Part shown: piece after piece, positions 10,669 through 21,100 of the stretch
How positions within the stretch are numbered: the stretch's first letter is position 1
Layout of the letters: each line of letters starts with the position of its first letter
From: Candidatus Melainabacteria bacterium 17Bon1m
GTDB taxonomy: Bacteria > Cyanobacteriota > Vampirovibrionia > Obscuribacterales > Obscuribacteraceae
Length of the DNA stretch: 64,000 nt
Direction: 5' to 3'
Assembly: GCA_032128875.1 (NCBI GenBank)
Contig: JAVLKG010000009.1
Coordinates: forward strand, 96,001 to 160,000
Notes under the pieces: generated by a model
Databases searched by the model: none
The model's input: only the letters and a program-made list of their open reading frames with translations
What the model was told of the DNA's origin: nothing
Position numbers and translations under genes: made by a program

Positions 10669-10721
10669 AAAATGGCTCACCCGATTGTGCTGGAAACAGC
10701 CAACCGGGTAAAGCGGGTTTT
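10669..10721 (-). terminator. Possible intrinsic terminator after the SPFH gene
   Basis: Imperfect stem (gctttacccggttg...caatcgggtgagc) followed by a T-run on the minus strand. Confidence 0.4.
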
Positions 10722-10741
10722 GCCTAGTTTTTTTAAGTCGA

Positions 10742-11587
10742 CTAAACTCTTTCTTTCGTCTCGTCAGTTACTTGGATGCTTTCGCCCTTGGACTTAAGCG
10801 CTTGGGCGGCGGCGGGCAAGAAGTGCATCGCTTTCTCGACCACCCCAGGGTTCTTGCCTAAATTGCCCATCAACTCTATAGGTATAGGGAAGATTAGAGT
10901 GCTGTTCTTCTCCGCCGAAACCTCAACCATGGTCTGTAACTGCCTGAGCTGCATGGCGCCCGGCTGGCTGGCTATGACGGCTGCTGCTTGAGCAAGTTTT
11001 TCTGCCGCCTGCAATTCGCCTTCTGCTGCGACAACTTTGGCGCGGCGTTCTCTTTCCGCCTCTGCTTGCCGTGCCATTGCTCGCTGCATCTGCTGCGGGA
11101 TTTCGACGTCTTTGATTTCGACTGCGTTGACTTTGATGCCCCAACCTTCTGTCTGGCGGTCGATTATCGACTGAAGTTTGGCGTTGATTTTGTCGCGCTC
11201 TGTGAGAATGTCGTCCAGCTCATACTGCCCGATGACGCTGCGCAAGGTGGTTTGCGCCACCTGGCTTGTCGCTGCCATGGCGTCTTCGATTTTGGTGACT
11301 GCTTTTCTGGAATCGATAATTTGGTAGAAGCAAACGGCGGCGATTTTGACCGAGATGTTGTCGCGAGTGATGGCTTCCTGCATGGGAATCGACATCGTGA
11401 CAATCCTGAGGTCGACCTTCTGCGAACGCTCTATTAAAGGAACGACGAAAGCGACGCCCGGTCCGCGCTCACCGGTGACTCTTCCGAGTCTGAAAACGAC
11501 CAGCCTGTCGTATTCATTGACGAACTTGATAGATGAAAAAGCCAGCAAGAGTCCGAAGAATAAAAGGAACCCGCCTATCTCAAACAT
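10742..11587 (-). CDS. SPFH/band 7 (slipin/stomatin-like) membrane protein
   Basis: VVFRLGR...GPG, VDLRIVT, AQTTLRSVIG, AMARQAEAERERRAK; AAGGAG RBS. Confidence 0.95.
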   Translation of the reverse strand: MFEIGGFLLFFGLLLAFSSIKFVNEYDRLVVFRLGRVTGERGPGVAFVVPLIERSQKVDLRIVTMSIPMQEAITRDNISVKIAAVCFYQIIDSRKAVTKIEDAMAATSQVAQTTLRSVIGQYELDDILTERDKINAKLQSIIDRQTEGWGIKVNAVEIKDVEIPQQMQRAMARQAEAERERRAKVVAAEGELQAAEKLAQAAAVIASQPGAMQLRQLQTMVEVSAEKNSTLIFPIPIELMGNLGKNPGVVEKAMHFLPAAAQALKSKGESIQVTDETKERV

Positions 11588-11870
11588 TCTTTGCTCCTTA
11601 CTGCTACTGCAGCGTGACGTTCTTCGATTAACCCATTAAAGCTGTCGAGTGAATACCGGACTTCCTAGCCCTTTCTTCCATCGTTTAACCATGGTGAATC
11701 TCAGGGAAATTACTGTACAAGACCGGTATCTCCTTCAGATAGCATAAGAAAGCACGCTAAGCGAGCAAGTCTGACGCCAAATTTGGTCGAAAAACACCAA
11801 ATAATCGCCAACATTAAATGTAGGCTGGCGCCTGGAAGCCCACGGGTTAGTAATTCGAGGAGAGCGGCGC

Positions 11871-14800
11871 ATGGTTTGGACCTCAGAGTATCCGGAAGGC
11901 AGGGCTGGATCTAAATCCGGCGGTGGCTCGGGGGCGAAAACAGGAAACGGCGGGTCAGGCGCGTCAAATACCTCCGGAGCGTCAGGTTCCTCCGGCTCCT
12001 CGGGCTCCTCTGGCTCCTCAGGTTCTTCAAGTTCCTCCGGCTCCTCCGTCTCAAGCAAGGCGGGGACGGCTGTAGTAACTAAGGATTCAGGTTCCAAAGG
12101 AAAGAGTGCGGGGGCGAACTCTGGAAGTTCAAGCGGTAAAAATTCAAGCCCTGACTCGAGTTCAAAACCCAACGTAAATCCGATCTCCGGCGGAAATTCA
12201 AAAGAAAAGCCGAAAGGCAAACCGCCCGGAAAACCAGGCGTGTTTTTGCTTCTCGCCGGTGTTGTTTTGCCATTCTCGGCAATTGTATTTGAACTTACCA
12301 CGCACCTTTGCGCCAAAAGTTTCTTCGATCCGTTTCCCACGCCTGCGCACGTCTTGTTGTTTGCGCTCATTCCTGTTTCCAACCTCCTTGTCTGGGTTGC
12401 TTCTCGCCGCAATTTGTCGGACCTGCTTGGGGTATTGACGCTCGGCACCGGAATGTCTATGGGTGTGGCGATCCTCTATTCGCTTATGTTTTTGCCGATT
12501 GTGCCACTGTCTGTAGTGGCGATACTTTGGTGTGGCTTCGGCTTGCTGGCGCTATCTCCTCTCCTTGCCGTACCTGCCGTTTGGAAAGCCAGCAAGTACG
12601 CGATTCACTTGTCAGAGAATCAGAAGACCTATTTTGATGGGCATCAGTTGGAGCACATTGGACACCTGATCATATTGTGCACAGTTGTGGCAGTCGAATT
12701 GCCATCAACAATGACGCGTATGCACATCGGCGAAGCTGCTCATTCTGCAAAGCCTGCGATGGCAATTGACTGGTTGCGCCAATGGGGCAATCAGGAAGTT
12801 ATGTTGCGCGCTTGCTATGAGCGCTCCGGTCGGGCGACGGACATACTCGGGTCGCTATATGAAGTAAAAAATCCGACTAGCGTCGAGGAAGCACGCGCGA
12901 TTTTCTACAAAGTCACTGGCAAACCTTTTAATAGTGTACCGTTGCCGGCGGCTTTGCGCGCGACGCGGCAGAATCAAGGCTTGCTTTCAGACAATGAAAA
13001 TGAAGAGCCGAATGTAGAGGATGAATTCGATCGCGACCCTGACATTGCCGGCGAAGCTGTGAGCGGTGTCGCGCGCGGTTTGAGTATGAACGAGTCTAAG
13101 CTGTCCGGGCATATCGACGGTAACCTGTGCATCGCAAACATTATGTGGAATGTCACTTTTGGAAACACGTCCAAGTACGATCGTGAGGTTCGCTCAAAGA
13201 TTCTTTTGCCACCAGGCGCGGTGGTCACGAATGCATTTTTGATTGTGGATGGAACAGAGCGAGAAGCGACTGTGATGGGCCGAAGCCTTGCACGCAGAAA
13301 ATATCGCGCCGCTGTAGCCGACAAGAAAGACCCGTTGCTTGTAAGCACCTGCGGTGCAGACCGTGTGTTGCTGCAGTTGTTTCCCGTCGCTCCCGAAAGC
13401 AAGATTGGTGTGCGCTTGCACATCATTGCACCGCTGGCGGTGACCGCGATGGATAAGGCTGAACTGGCTTTGCCAACTTTCGAAGAGAGAAACTTCCAAG
13501 TTGAAATCCCAACTAATATTAGTTTGAAATCGCAAGAACAGCTTCTATCGTCAGTCAAGACCCTGCATCTCGATAAGTTTGATCAAACAAAGGTGCTTCA
13601 GGGTGACATCACCACTCCTGAGCTAGCGAGATTTGGTGCTGTGGTTGTTGCTGAAAGAAATCCCAACATCACACACATTCAAGGCTTGCATGATGGAGCT
13701 TTGATAGGTGAGGACATACGGAAGATCAACTATCCGCGCCCGACTAAGTTGTTTGTCGTTATAGATGGTTCCAACGGCATGTCGCCGCACATGGATGCTG
13801 TCCTGAAGAAGTTGAAGCAACTTCCTAGCGATATGGATGTCAAAATAAGTTATGTTCGAGATGGTCTACTTCCGGCATTGGAAGTTAGCGCTGGCGATGC
13901 TAAAGCGCTCGACAGCGCGGTTTCTTCCATCGCGAAAATACCCTGCGCCGGTGGGCAAGACAACCTGTCTGATTTGAGAACCGCGCTGAAGGAGGCCGCG
14001 AATACTAATGCTTCAGCGGTTCTTTGGGTTCACTCGGCGCAACCTCTTCCTGGAAAGCTTGGAAAAGAATGGGAACTCTTCGTTCGTCAATCGCCTAGGC
14101 CATTACTTTATGATTTTGCTGTCGCCGCCGGTCCCAATGAAATTCTTTCAGGGCTGTACAACTGCCCAGGGCTCGTTCGTGTCAATCGCGGCAGCTATGT
14201 TGAATCTGATATGCACCAGCTTTTTGACACATGGCAAAACGCTTCCCCCTCAACTGCTGTCGGCGGAATTCAGTATGTTCGCAAGAGTCTGGCGAATCTC
14301 GATGTTGAAAAAGGCGCCCTTAAGCCAGCCGAAACAGCTCTTGCGAAGCTAGTAGCCTTTGACGAAATTTCGAGAATTCAAACAGTCCACAGCAATCATC
14401 GTTGCAAGGCTGCTCGCAAAGCCGTGGCAATTTCGAATGCGTATCATCTGGTCACTTCCTTCTCCAGCGCGATAATCACAGAGCCAATTCCTGTGCGAAG
14501 AACGCACGCGCAAAACATTGAGCCGCCTAAGTTCAGCCTGATCAATCCCCAACCCACATTAGGTCATTTAGGCCCTTCGCCCCGGAGAGGACCGGTTTTC
14601 GGTCATTTTGATGGCAGTCGCCTTCAAGGTAAGTCATTGCGAGTGGATTCTGCTCCAGGTAGTGATGTGTTCTTATCGCGCGGCAATGAAGGACAATATT
14701 CTTCCAGCGTTCAGGCCAACACCGGCTCTCAAACCCGCCAGGAGTTAGACGCCGCTCGCCCTGTTTTGCAAGGCGCGACCAACGGTACGATCAATCCGGA

Positions 14801-15215
14801 ATCTATGTCTGCACCAATGTCTGCACCAATGGCTCCTGCCGCTGCGTTGAAAGAGGCTTCGGCTGATTACAAATTCGAAAGTAAGGCAGAAGAAATGTCT
14901 TCGTACAATTCTAGCGAGCGAGCACTTGCGAAAGAAGACTCACGTGCGGATTTCTCGAAGTCCAAAGTGTTGTTTGCGGAGAAGAAGCAAATCGCATCGA
15001 GAGACAAAGATGTGAGTGACTTCAATGACGACGAAGCCGGCGGCGACGAAGGAGTTGTAGATGAATTTGCACAATCTACAGCTGGTGAAGCCAACTCTAG
15101 CGCATTGTCACCGGTCGTTCCTGAATCAGACACTTACATTCTGTTCGGAGTCGGCATGCTCATTCTCGGGTACGCACTTCAAACCAGGAAGAAAGTGAGT
15201 ATTAAGAAGGCATGA
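11871..15215 (+). CDS. Polytopic membrane protein with VIT domain, vWA-like region and C-terminal VPE-CTERM (PEP-CTERM-like) sorting signal
   Basis: Ser/Gly-rich N-terminus; several TM helices; VIT-like EVRSKILLPPGAVVT...KDPLLV...LLQLFPV; VVIDGS; C-terminal VPESDT + TM + RKKVSIKKA. Confidence 0.85.
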   Translation: MVWTSEYPEGRAGSKSGGGSGAKTGNGGSGASNTSGASGSSGSSGSSGSSGSSSSSGSSVSSKAGTAVVTKDSGSKGKSAGANSGSSSGKNSSPDSSSKPNVNPISGGNSKEKPKGKPPGKPGVFLLLAGVVLPFSAIVFELTTHLCAKSFFDPFPTPAHVLLFALIPVSNLLVWVASRRNLSDLLGVLTLGTGMSMGVAILYSLMFLPIVPLSVVAILWCGFGLLALSPLLAVPAVWKASKYAIHLSENQKTYFDGHQLEHIGHLIILCTVVAVELPSTMTRMHIGEAAHSAKPAMAIDWLRQWGNQEVMLRACYERSGRATDILGSLYEVKNPTSVEEARAIFYKVTGKPFNSVPLPAALRATRQNQGLLSDNENEEPNVEDEFDRDPDIAGEAVSGVARGLSMNESKLSGHIDGNLCIANIMWNVTFGNTSKYDREVRSKILLPPGAVVTNAFLIVDGTEREATVMGRSLARRKYRAAVADKKDPLLVSTCGADRVLLQLFPVAPESKIGVRLHIIAPLAVTAMDKAELALPTFEERNFQVEIPTNISLKSQEQLLSSVKTLHLDKFDQTKVLQGDITTPELARFGAVVVAERNPNITHIQGLHDGALIGEDIRKINYPRPTKLFVVIDGSNGMSPHMDAVLKKLKQLPSDMDVKISYVRDGLLPALEVSAGDAKALDSAVSSIAKIPCAGGQDNLSDLRTALKEAANTNASAVLWVHSAQPLPGKLGKEWELFVRQSPRPLLYDFAVAAGPNEILSGLYNCPGLVRVNRGSYVESDMHQLFDTWQNASPSTAVGGIQYVRKSLANLDVEKGALKPAETALAKLVAFDEISRIQTVHSNHRCKAARKAVAISNAYHLVTSFSSAIITEPIPVRRTHAQNIEPPKFSLINPQPTLGHLGPSPRRGPVFGHFDGSRLQGKSLRVDSAPGSDVFLSRGNEGQYSSSVQANTGSQTRQELDAARPVLQGATNGTINPESMSAPMSAPMAPAAALKEASADYKFESKAEEMSSYNSSERALAKEDSRADFSKSKVLFAEKKQIASRDKDVSDFNDDEAGGDEGVVDEFAQSTAGEANSSALSPVVPESDTYILFGVGMLILGYALQTRKKVSIKKA

Positions 15216-16711
15216 TAATTCCAGGCTTAATGGCGCTCTGCTTTTGCGTCTTCTGGCCTGTCACAGCATGGTATGTCGAGAGACTTTTGGATAAGTCGGA
15301 TGAGCCATTGGGCGTGGTTAGTTTGATTGCCTTTATCGCAATCTTGCTTACTCGTCACGGTTCGAGAAAAGCGCACGCTGAGCTACATATACCTGTTGTA
15401 GCGATAGCCTGTTTTCTTCTTTATGCCATTACTTGGCCGATTGCCCCAAACCTTCTGAGCGCTCTCATTGCGGTGGTCGCGGTCGGTTGTTTGATTAACG
15501 CGCAAGGAGGTAAATTCAGGCTTGGTCTCGGCAGTTGGCTGTTGCTTTTATTTTCTCTGCCGATTGTTTCTTCCCTCAACTTTTACAGCGGCTATCCTCT
15601 GCGTTTGGTTGTTGGAAAAATTGCTGCGCCACTTATTTCGATGGTTGGCTTTCCAACCATCGCTGATGGGACCGCCCTCATTTGGAACAGTCAAATGATC
15701 CAGATAGACGCACCATGCAGCGGAATAAAGATGCTCTGGTTTGCGCTCTTCATCGGAGCGGTGCTTACTTCCATTATGGAGTTGAGTCTCTTGCAGAGTG
15801 TAATGGTTCTCTCGTCCGCCGTCCTTGCTGCGCTCTTGGGAAATGTTTTGCGAATCACATCACTGTTCTTTATCGAGGCAAAGATTTTGCCTATTGATCC
15901 ATTGCAAGAGCAGTTTGTCCACCAGGCTGTTGGTGCCGTAGCTTTTGCAATTGCGGCTGGAGGAACAGTTCTGATTGCGAAAGTGATTTCGAAGAGAAGC
16001 GCGCGCGAGTCGGTTTCGGAACAAACCGATGGGAAGCCCGCCAACGGAACAGTTCCGGATTTTGCGAAGACTGTTGTCGAACTTGAGGAGAATGCACATG
16101 CGTCGATGAGAGAGAAACCGCTGTTAAATGCGCGCTCGGTGGCGTTCCTGATCTCTGCACTAATCGCATCCTTTACTCCATTGGCGTTTTCGCGAACACT
16201 AGATAACTCTGTTGCGACTCGCGACTTTCCTGGCTGGCCTCATCGATATAAAGGCTCCAACATCGAGCCGGTCGTGCCTAGCAAAGCTGATATCGCTTTC
16301 TACCAGGAGTTTCCAGGAAAAATTCAATGTTTCTCTCTTGGAGCAAAACGAGTAATCATGCGCTGGGTCGCGAAGCCGACTCGCCAACTGCATCCATCGT
16401 CTGATTGCTTTCGCGGCGTTGGTTATGACATTACCTGGCAGCCACTCATTACTGAGAAGGACGGCAGCAGGTGGTCATCTTTTATCGCTAGAAAAGGTGA
16501 GCATTCATTTGTGGTTAAGGAGCGAATCTATGACGGGCGCGGTGAAAACTGGACCGACATCTCCTCCTGGTACTGGGCTGCGCTACTAGGAAAAACACAC
16601 GGACCATGGTGGTCAGCTGTTGAAATTAGTCCTATATCCGGTGCTGTAGCTATTCCTGCAACCGCTCCCGGGACCTTCGGCGCGGGCGCTGGAGAACCTT
16701 CCTCAGAGTAG
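15212..16711 (+). CDS. Exosortase/archaeosortase family transpeptidase with C-terminal EpsI-like extension
   Basis: Catalytic Cys (IDAPCSG), Arg (GNVLRI), His (FVHQAVG); C-terminal HPSSDCFRGVGY; ATGA overlap with the upstream target gene. Confidence 0.9.
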   Translation: MIIPGLMALCFCVFWPVTAWYVERLLDKSDEPLGVVSLIAFIAILLTRHGSRKAHAELHIPVVAIACFLLYAITWPIAPNLLSALIAVVAVGCLINAQGGKFRLGLGSWLLLLFSLPIVSSLNFYSGYPLRLVVGKIAAPLISMVGFPTIADGTALIWNSQMIQIDAPCSGIKMLWFALFIGAVLTSIMELSLLQSVMVLSSAVLAALLGNVLRITSLFFIEAKILPIDPLQEQFVHQAVGAVAFAIAAGGTVLIAKVISKRSARESVSEQTDGKPANGTVPDFAKTVVELEENAHASMREKPLLNARSVAFLISALIASFTPLAFSRTLDNSVATRDFPGWPHRYKGSNIEPVVPSKADIAFYQEFPGKIQCFSLGAKRVIMRWVAKPTRQLHPSSDCFRGVGYDITWQPLITEKDGSRWSSFIARKGEHSFVVKERIYDGRGENWTDISSWYWAALLGKTHGPWWSAVEISPISGAVAIPATAPGTFGAGAGEPSSE

Positions 16712-17051
16712 AACGATTTTGCTTATATAAAAGGTTGGAGTTTTTTGTGAGGACGAACATGCCAAATTTGCCCAGCAAGTATAAAAACCCCTAGGTAAAC
16801 CCTATATCTCTTCCCGAAATAAAACTTCATAATTCCATAACCTGCCGTATTTCAACGGATTACGGAATGCTAGGCGGCGAAATCGAGGGTGCTTCCACTA
16901 GTGAAAACCCGTGTTGTCGCTCCCTACCGGTTTTGGCAAAATGACAGAGTAAGGCAACGAAAGATTTTTCCAACTGAATAGCGCTGTTGCGCTCCCAGCG
17001 CACCTTTAAGGTGTGGCATCGCTGTGCAAAATTAATAGGAGATCCAGAAAA

Positions 17052-17720
17052 ATGAACGGCAACGTAAAACCTCTTTTCACCAAGTCCACCGGTAAGAGCC
17101 ACTTGAGTCTCGTCGGACCAGAGAAGAAGTTTTCTGAGATGACAGATGAAGAACTCATCCTCGCCTGTCAGGCAGACAGAAAAGGTGCAATTGATGTGCT
17201 CCTGAAGCGCCACCAATCCACCCTTACTGCTATGGTTCGCAAGCGTTTTCCTGAACTGCATGATCTCTCTGACGTTGTTCAAGAAGCTCAAATCAGAATG
17301 TGGAAATCAATTGGACAACTCCGCAGCGCCGGCGCCTTCAAAGGCTGGCTTAGCCAGATTGTCACCAACCTTTGCTATGACGAACTGAGAAGAAAAGTTC
17401 GCAACCAAGATTTGGTATCGCTCGACGAAACCTACGAGTCGGAAGATGGCAACAAAATGGAACGCTTCGTTGCTGACACGAAGCACCAACCAGACACCGA
17501 TCTGCAACGCAAAGAACTTGTTGCAGCTCTCGAAAGCGCACTGGAAAAGATTCCGCAAGAGTTCAGACAATCAGTCCTGCTGCGCGAAGTTGATGGTTTG
17601 TCCTACGAAGAAATTGCAGCCATCACCAACGTTGAATTGGGCACGGTCAAGTCACGCATCTCGCGTGCTCGCACCAAAATCCAAAAACAAATGAGCGGCT
17701 ACTTGAAAGAAGTTGCCTAA
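17052..17720 (+). CDS. ECF (sigma-70 group 4) RNA polymerase sigma factor
   Basis: DVVQEAQIRMWKSI, FKGWLSQIVTNLCYD, LREVDGLSYEEIA...GTVKSRISRAR; AGGAG RBS before ATG 17052. Confidence 0.95.
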   Translation: MNGNVKPLFTKSTGKSHLSLVGPEKKFSEMTDEELILACQADRKGAIDVLLKRHQSTLTAMVRKRFPELHDLSDVVQEAQIRMWKSIGQLRSAGAFKGWLSQIVTNLCYDELRRKVRNQDLVSLDETYESEDGNKMERFVADTKHQPDTDLQRKELVAALESALEKIPQEFRQSVLLREVDGLSYEEIAAITNVELGTVKSRISRARTKIQKQMSGYLKEVA

Positions 17721-17761
17721 GATAGAACATAGGTTTTTTCCAGAGCAGAGATGCTGTGGAG

Positions 17762-17800
17762 AAAAAGAGAGAGCAAATGCGAAAGCGTTTGCTCTCTTTG
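17762..17800 (+). terminator. Intrinsic terminator hairpin after the sigma gene
   Basis: agagagcaaatgc-GAAA-gcgtttgctctct 13-bp stem followed by a short T tract. Confidence 0.75.
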
Positions 17801-18167
17801 TCATGCATCGAACCATCGCTTCGCCGTGCCGAAACTTACCACCTCGCCCGCATAGGGACCTGAGCTGTTGTTTGAAGATCTTGCAACGAATTTAGAAGTC
17901 GCAAATGAGTGATTCCGCAGGTCGGAAATTAGTAACTGCGTGACTCTTTGAGCGCTCACTGAGCCGATTTGCCCACCACAAACCGTTGTCAAGTGATTGT
18001 TCTCTAATTGGAGATATATAGACCTTTTGGTACTCTTTTAGTCTGGGATTTGGGCTGTGACTGGATTCTGACTCGCCATCAGGACCTTCTTCAGACTTTC
18101 ATCCGCTGTGCAAGCCGTGGCTTGTATTGCTAACTTTGGGCAACTCGGAATCAGGAGATGTGCATAT

Positions 18168-21100
18168 ATGCAAACCAACAACGACTCGAAGCTTTGGAAC
18201 CGCCGTTCAATCTTCGGGAGAGTTTACGTTTCGCTTACGGTGCCGATGTTGCTTGCGTCAAATTTGACAACAGCAGCTCTGGCGAATGACGGAAAGGGTG
18301 CAGCCTGGCAACAATTTCGACTTGATAATCCAGATCTGCGTGGAAAGGAACTCAACAGTGCGTTCAAAGATCACTGGCAGGACGTTCGCGATGTGCACGG
18401 TAACGACGGAGCGAACGCTGCATCTCAAAATGCAGTCAATCAAGCAATTAACAACGCTGCTTCCAACGTAGCTGCCGGTGCCGCATCGCATTTGAACGTA
18501 CATGACTTTGCCACTAAAGCCGAGTTCAAAGCCTACAAAGAGTCGCTCAAACAGCAAAACATTGCACACCAGATAAATCAATCAATTCAGCAGATTGATG
18601 GTCAGCAAGTTCTGAAGGTCAACGGTGGCTTCAACCTCGATCTAACTTCCGCGGTTGAAACCATTACGCTAGGCAACAATCTTTTTAAAGAACAGTCGTC
18701 GGTCAACATCAATGTTGGCGGCGAAAGTAAGACTGTTCAAGCTGGATCAAAAGTGACTGCTGCCGAGTACGTCGCAGCAAAACAAGCTCTGGTTGCGGGT
18801 GGGCAAACAGTCACACTAGATGGAGATGGACGAGCAACCGGTGGTTCTGTAGATCTTTCAGCTCTGACTAGCGGCAACGGCAAAATGAAAGTCGATGATC
18901 TAGTCGTTCCTGTTTCCGTTGTCGCCTCCGGTGATTTCGGCAGAGGCGGAGACGTTCGCATCAAAGGCGATCTGATCAACTCAGGCTCCATAAACGCGTT
19001 TTCTTCGAGCGGCAATGTGAATGCAATAATCCGAGCCGACAACATAACCAACAATATCGGCGCAGATATTACCTCAACAGCCAGCGATTTGACTTTGCAA
19101 GCTGACAAAGCGCTCAAGAATTTTGGCACTATCAATGCAACCGGCAACTTGACTCTTTCGGCAGAAAAATCGCTGACCAATTCTGGCACAGTTTCCGCTG
19201 CAGGAAATCTCAACATTCAAGCTGCGAATGTCACAAATACAGGCACTCTTGCATCGACAGATGCCAATGTGAATTTTGGGACAACGGGTGCAGACAACCT
19301 TCTAGTGAACAATTATGGTGGCACCATTGCAGCTCTAAATGGTGCGATCAATCTGCGTGATGCTGCTTATGAAGGCCTTAAAGATACCACCGTTGTTGGT
19401 GGAGACTTGCTATCTCAAGAGGTGAATGTTTACACCGGAGGCGGCACGGCAAATGTTTATGTCAACGAGCTTACAGGTGTAGTTAACTCGAGTGGCAGCG
19501 CTGCTCACGTTAGTGCTAATACCGACACACTAACCATCGGAGAGCAGTGTCTGACAGGTGATCCAACTTACTTCAACACTGGCAATATAAGTATCGCCGG
19601 CAACATTATAGTTGGCGAGGATCTGGCGATTATCGCCGGACGCAACATAATCCAGACTGCAGCAAACCTGACGATTCGTGCTGTTGATTCTAACGGAGAT
19701 GGTCGGGACATCATAATAGTGGCGGGAGCCAATGTCACCGGTACTGGTTCGCAATATCCCGGAGCTGCAACCACAGCTAGCTTTTCCGGCGGGTCCGCGC
19801 AGGGTGGACAGGTCCTACTTTCTCAAGGGGGCTTGGTCGATGCGTCAGGCAATGTACCCGGCTCTAAGGCCGGAAACATCACGATTGCTGCCTACAGTGA
19901 CGGTATTTCCAATGATCCCGGCAAGATCATTATGTCAAATTGGGATATTAAGGCTAATGGAAATGGTACTGCTGCTGGTGACACGAATGGCAACATCAGT
20001 CTCATCTCCGGCTCCATTGATCTTGCAACAATCTCAGTTCGAAACCTACAGAATACCGGCGGAACGGGGTCTGGCACTATTTCTCTAGTGTCGGCTGCAC
20101 CCACGTTTGATGTTGGATCTGCGATGACTTTTGGTGCCAACGGAAACGTTACGTCAGGCAATAAGCTTGTTGCTGGTACTGTCGGAAATGGAGTAGGAGT
20201 AATTCAAGTCAGCGACATAGATTCATCTGGCGATGTTTTCGTATTGTCTAATGGAGCTGTTCAAGCGGGAAGTATCAAAGCGACCAATTCTAGCACCGTG
20301 ACTTTGAGAGCGAATACTTTAAATAATACTGTTTCTGTCGGTCTCATCGACGTCTCATCAAACCAAGCAGGCGTTGATGCGGGCTCTGTCGTTATTAATG
20401 CCGCTCGTGTCAATGTCAACATCATTAACCTTAGTGGTGCAGGAGGCAGAAGTGCAGGCACTTTGGTTGCTGAGTTAAACAGTGCAAATACTGTCACTTT
20501 GAATGGCAGCATGGGCGTCAATTACATCGGGCAAATCTTATCAAATCCGGGAAGTGGAGATGGTGCAATTGTCGACGTCACGAACAATGGCACCGGCGGC
20601 ATTCGTGTAGCCAATGTAATCGTGTTAGCTGCTGGTGTTTCAAGGACCACAGGCTCTCTTAAATTGACCGCTCCGAATGGAAATTTGGATTTGTCCGCTT
20701 ATACCAATGGTATTAACGTCAGCGGATCTGCACTCAACGGAGGTAATGCTGGCGACGTTTCATTAATCTATGATTCTTTGACTGTGAACCCGGCGGTCGC
20801 TTTTGCTGTGAGCGCCAACGCGGGATTTAATGGCACCGCGGGGACCATCAATATTGAGAGAACTGGCACGGGTACTGTTTCAATAGGGACAACCGCTGGT
20901 AATTTCAATTTGTCAGCGACGGGATCGGGCGGCACTATCAATGCAAGTGCCGGTGGATTGCTTACTGCTACGGGCTCGGCACTGTCCGCCGATAACATAA
21001 ATCTTGAGTCTGGAACTGGTGGCGTATTTGGTATGAATCTTGCGGGAGCATTCACAGGCAAGAACATGTCTCTGCGCAGCCCGAACTCAATATTCAACAC

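Noticed and set aside
11735-12448. 237-aa antisense ORF with EEP repeats
   Set aside because: Shadow of the Ser/Gly (SSG)n low-complexity region of the VIT protein.
16860-17050. Riboswitch in the sigma-factor leader, and likewise the leader of the giant gene (18040-18160)
   Set aside because: Only short, unconvincing stems and no recognisable consensus by eye; cannot be supported without covariation analysis.
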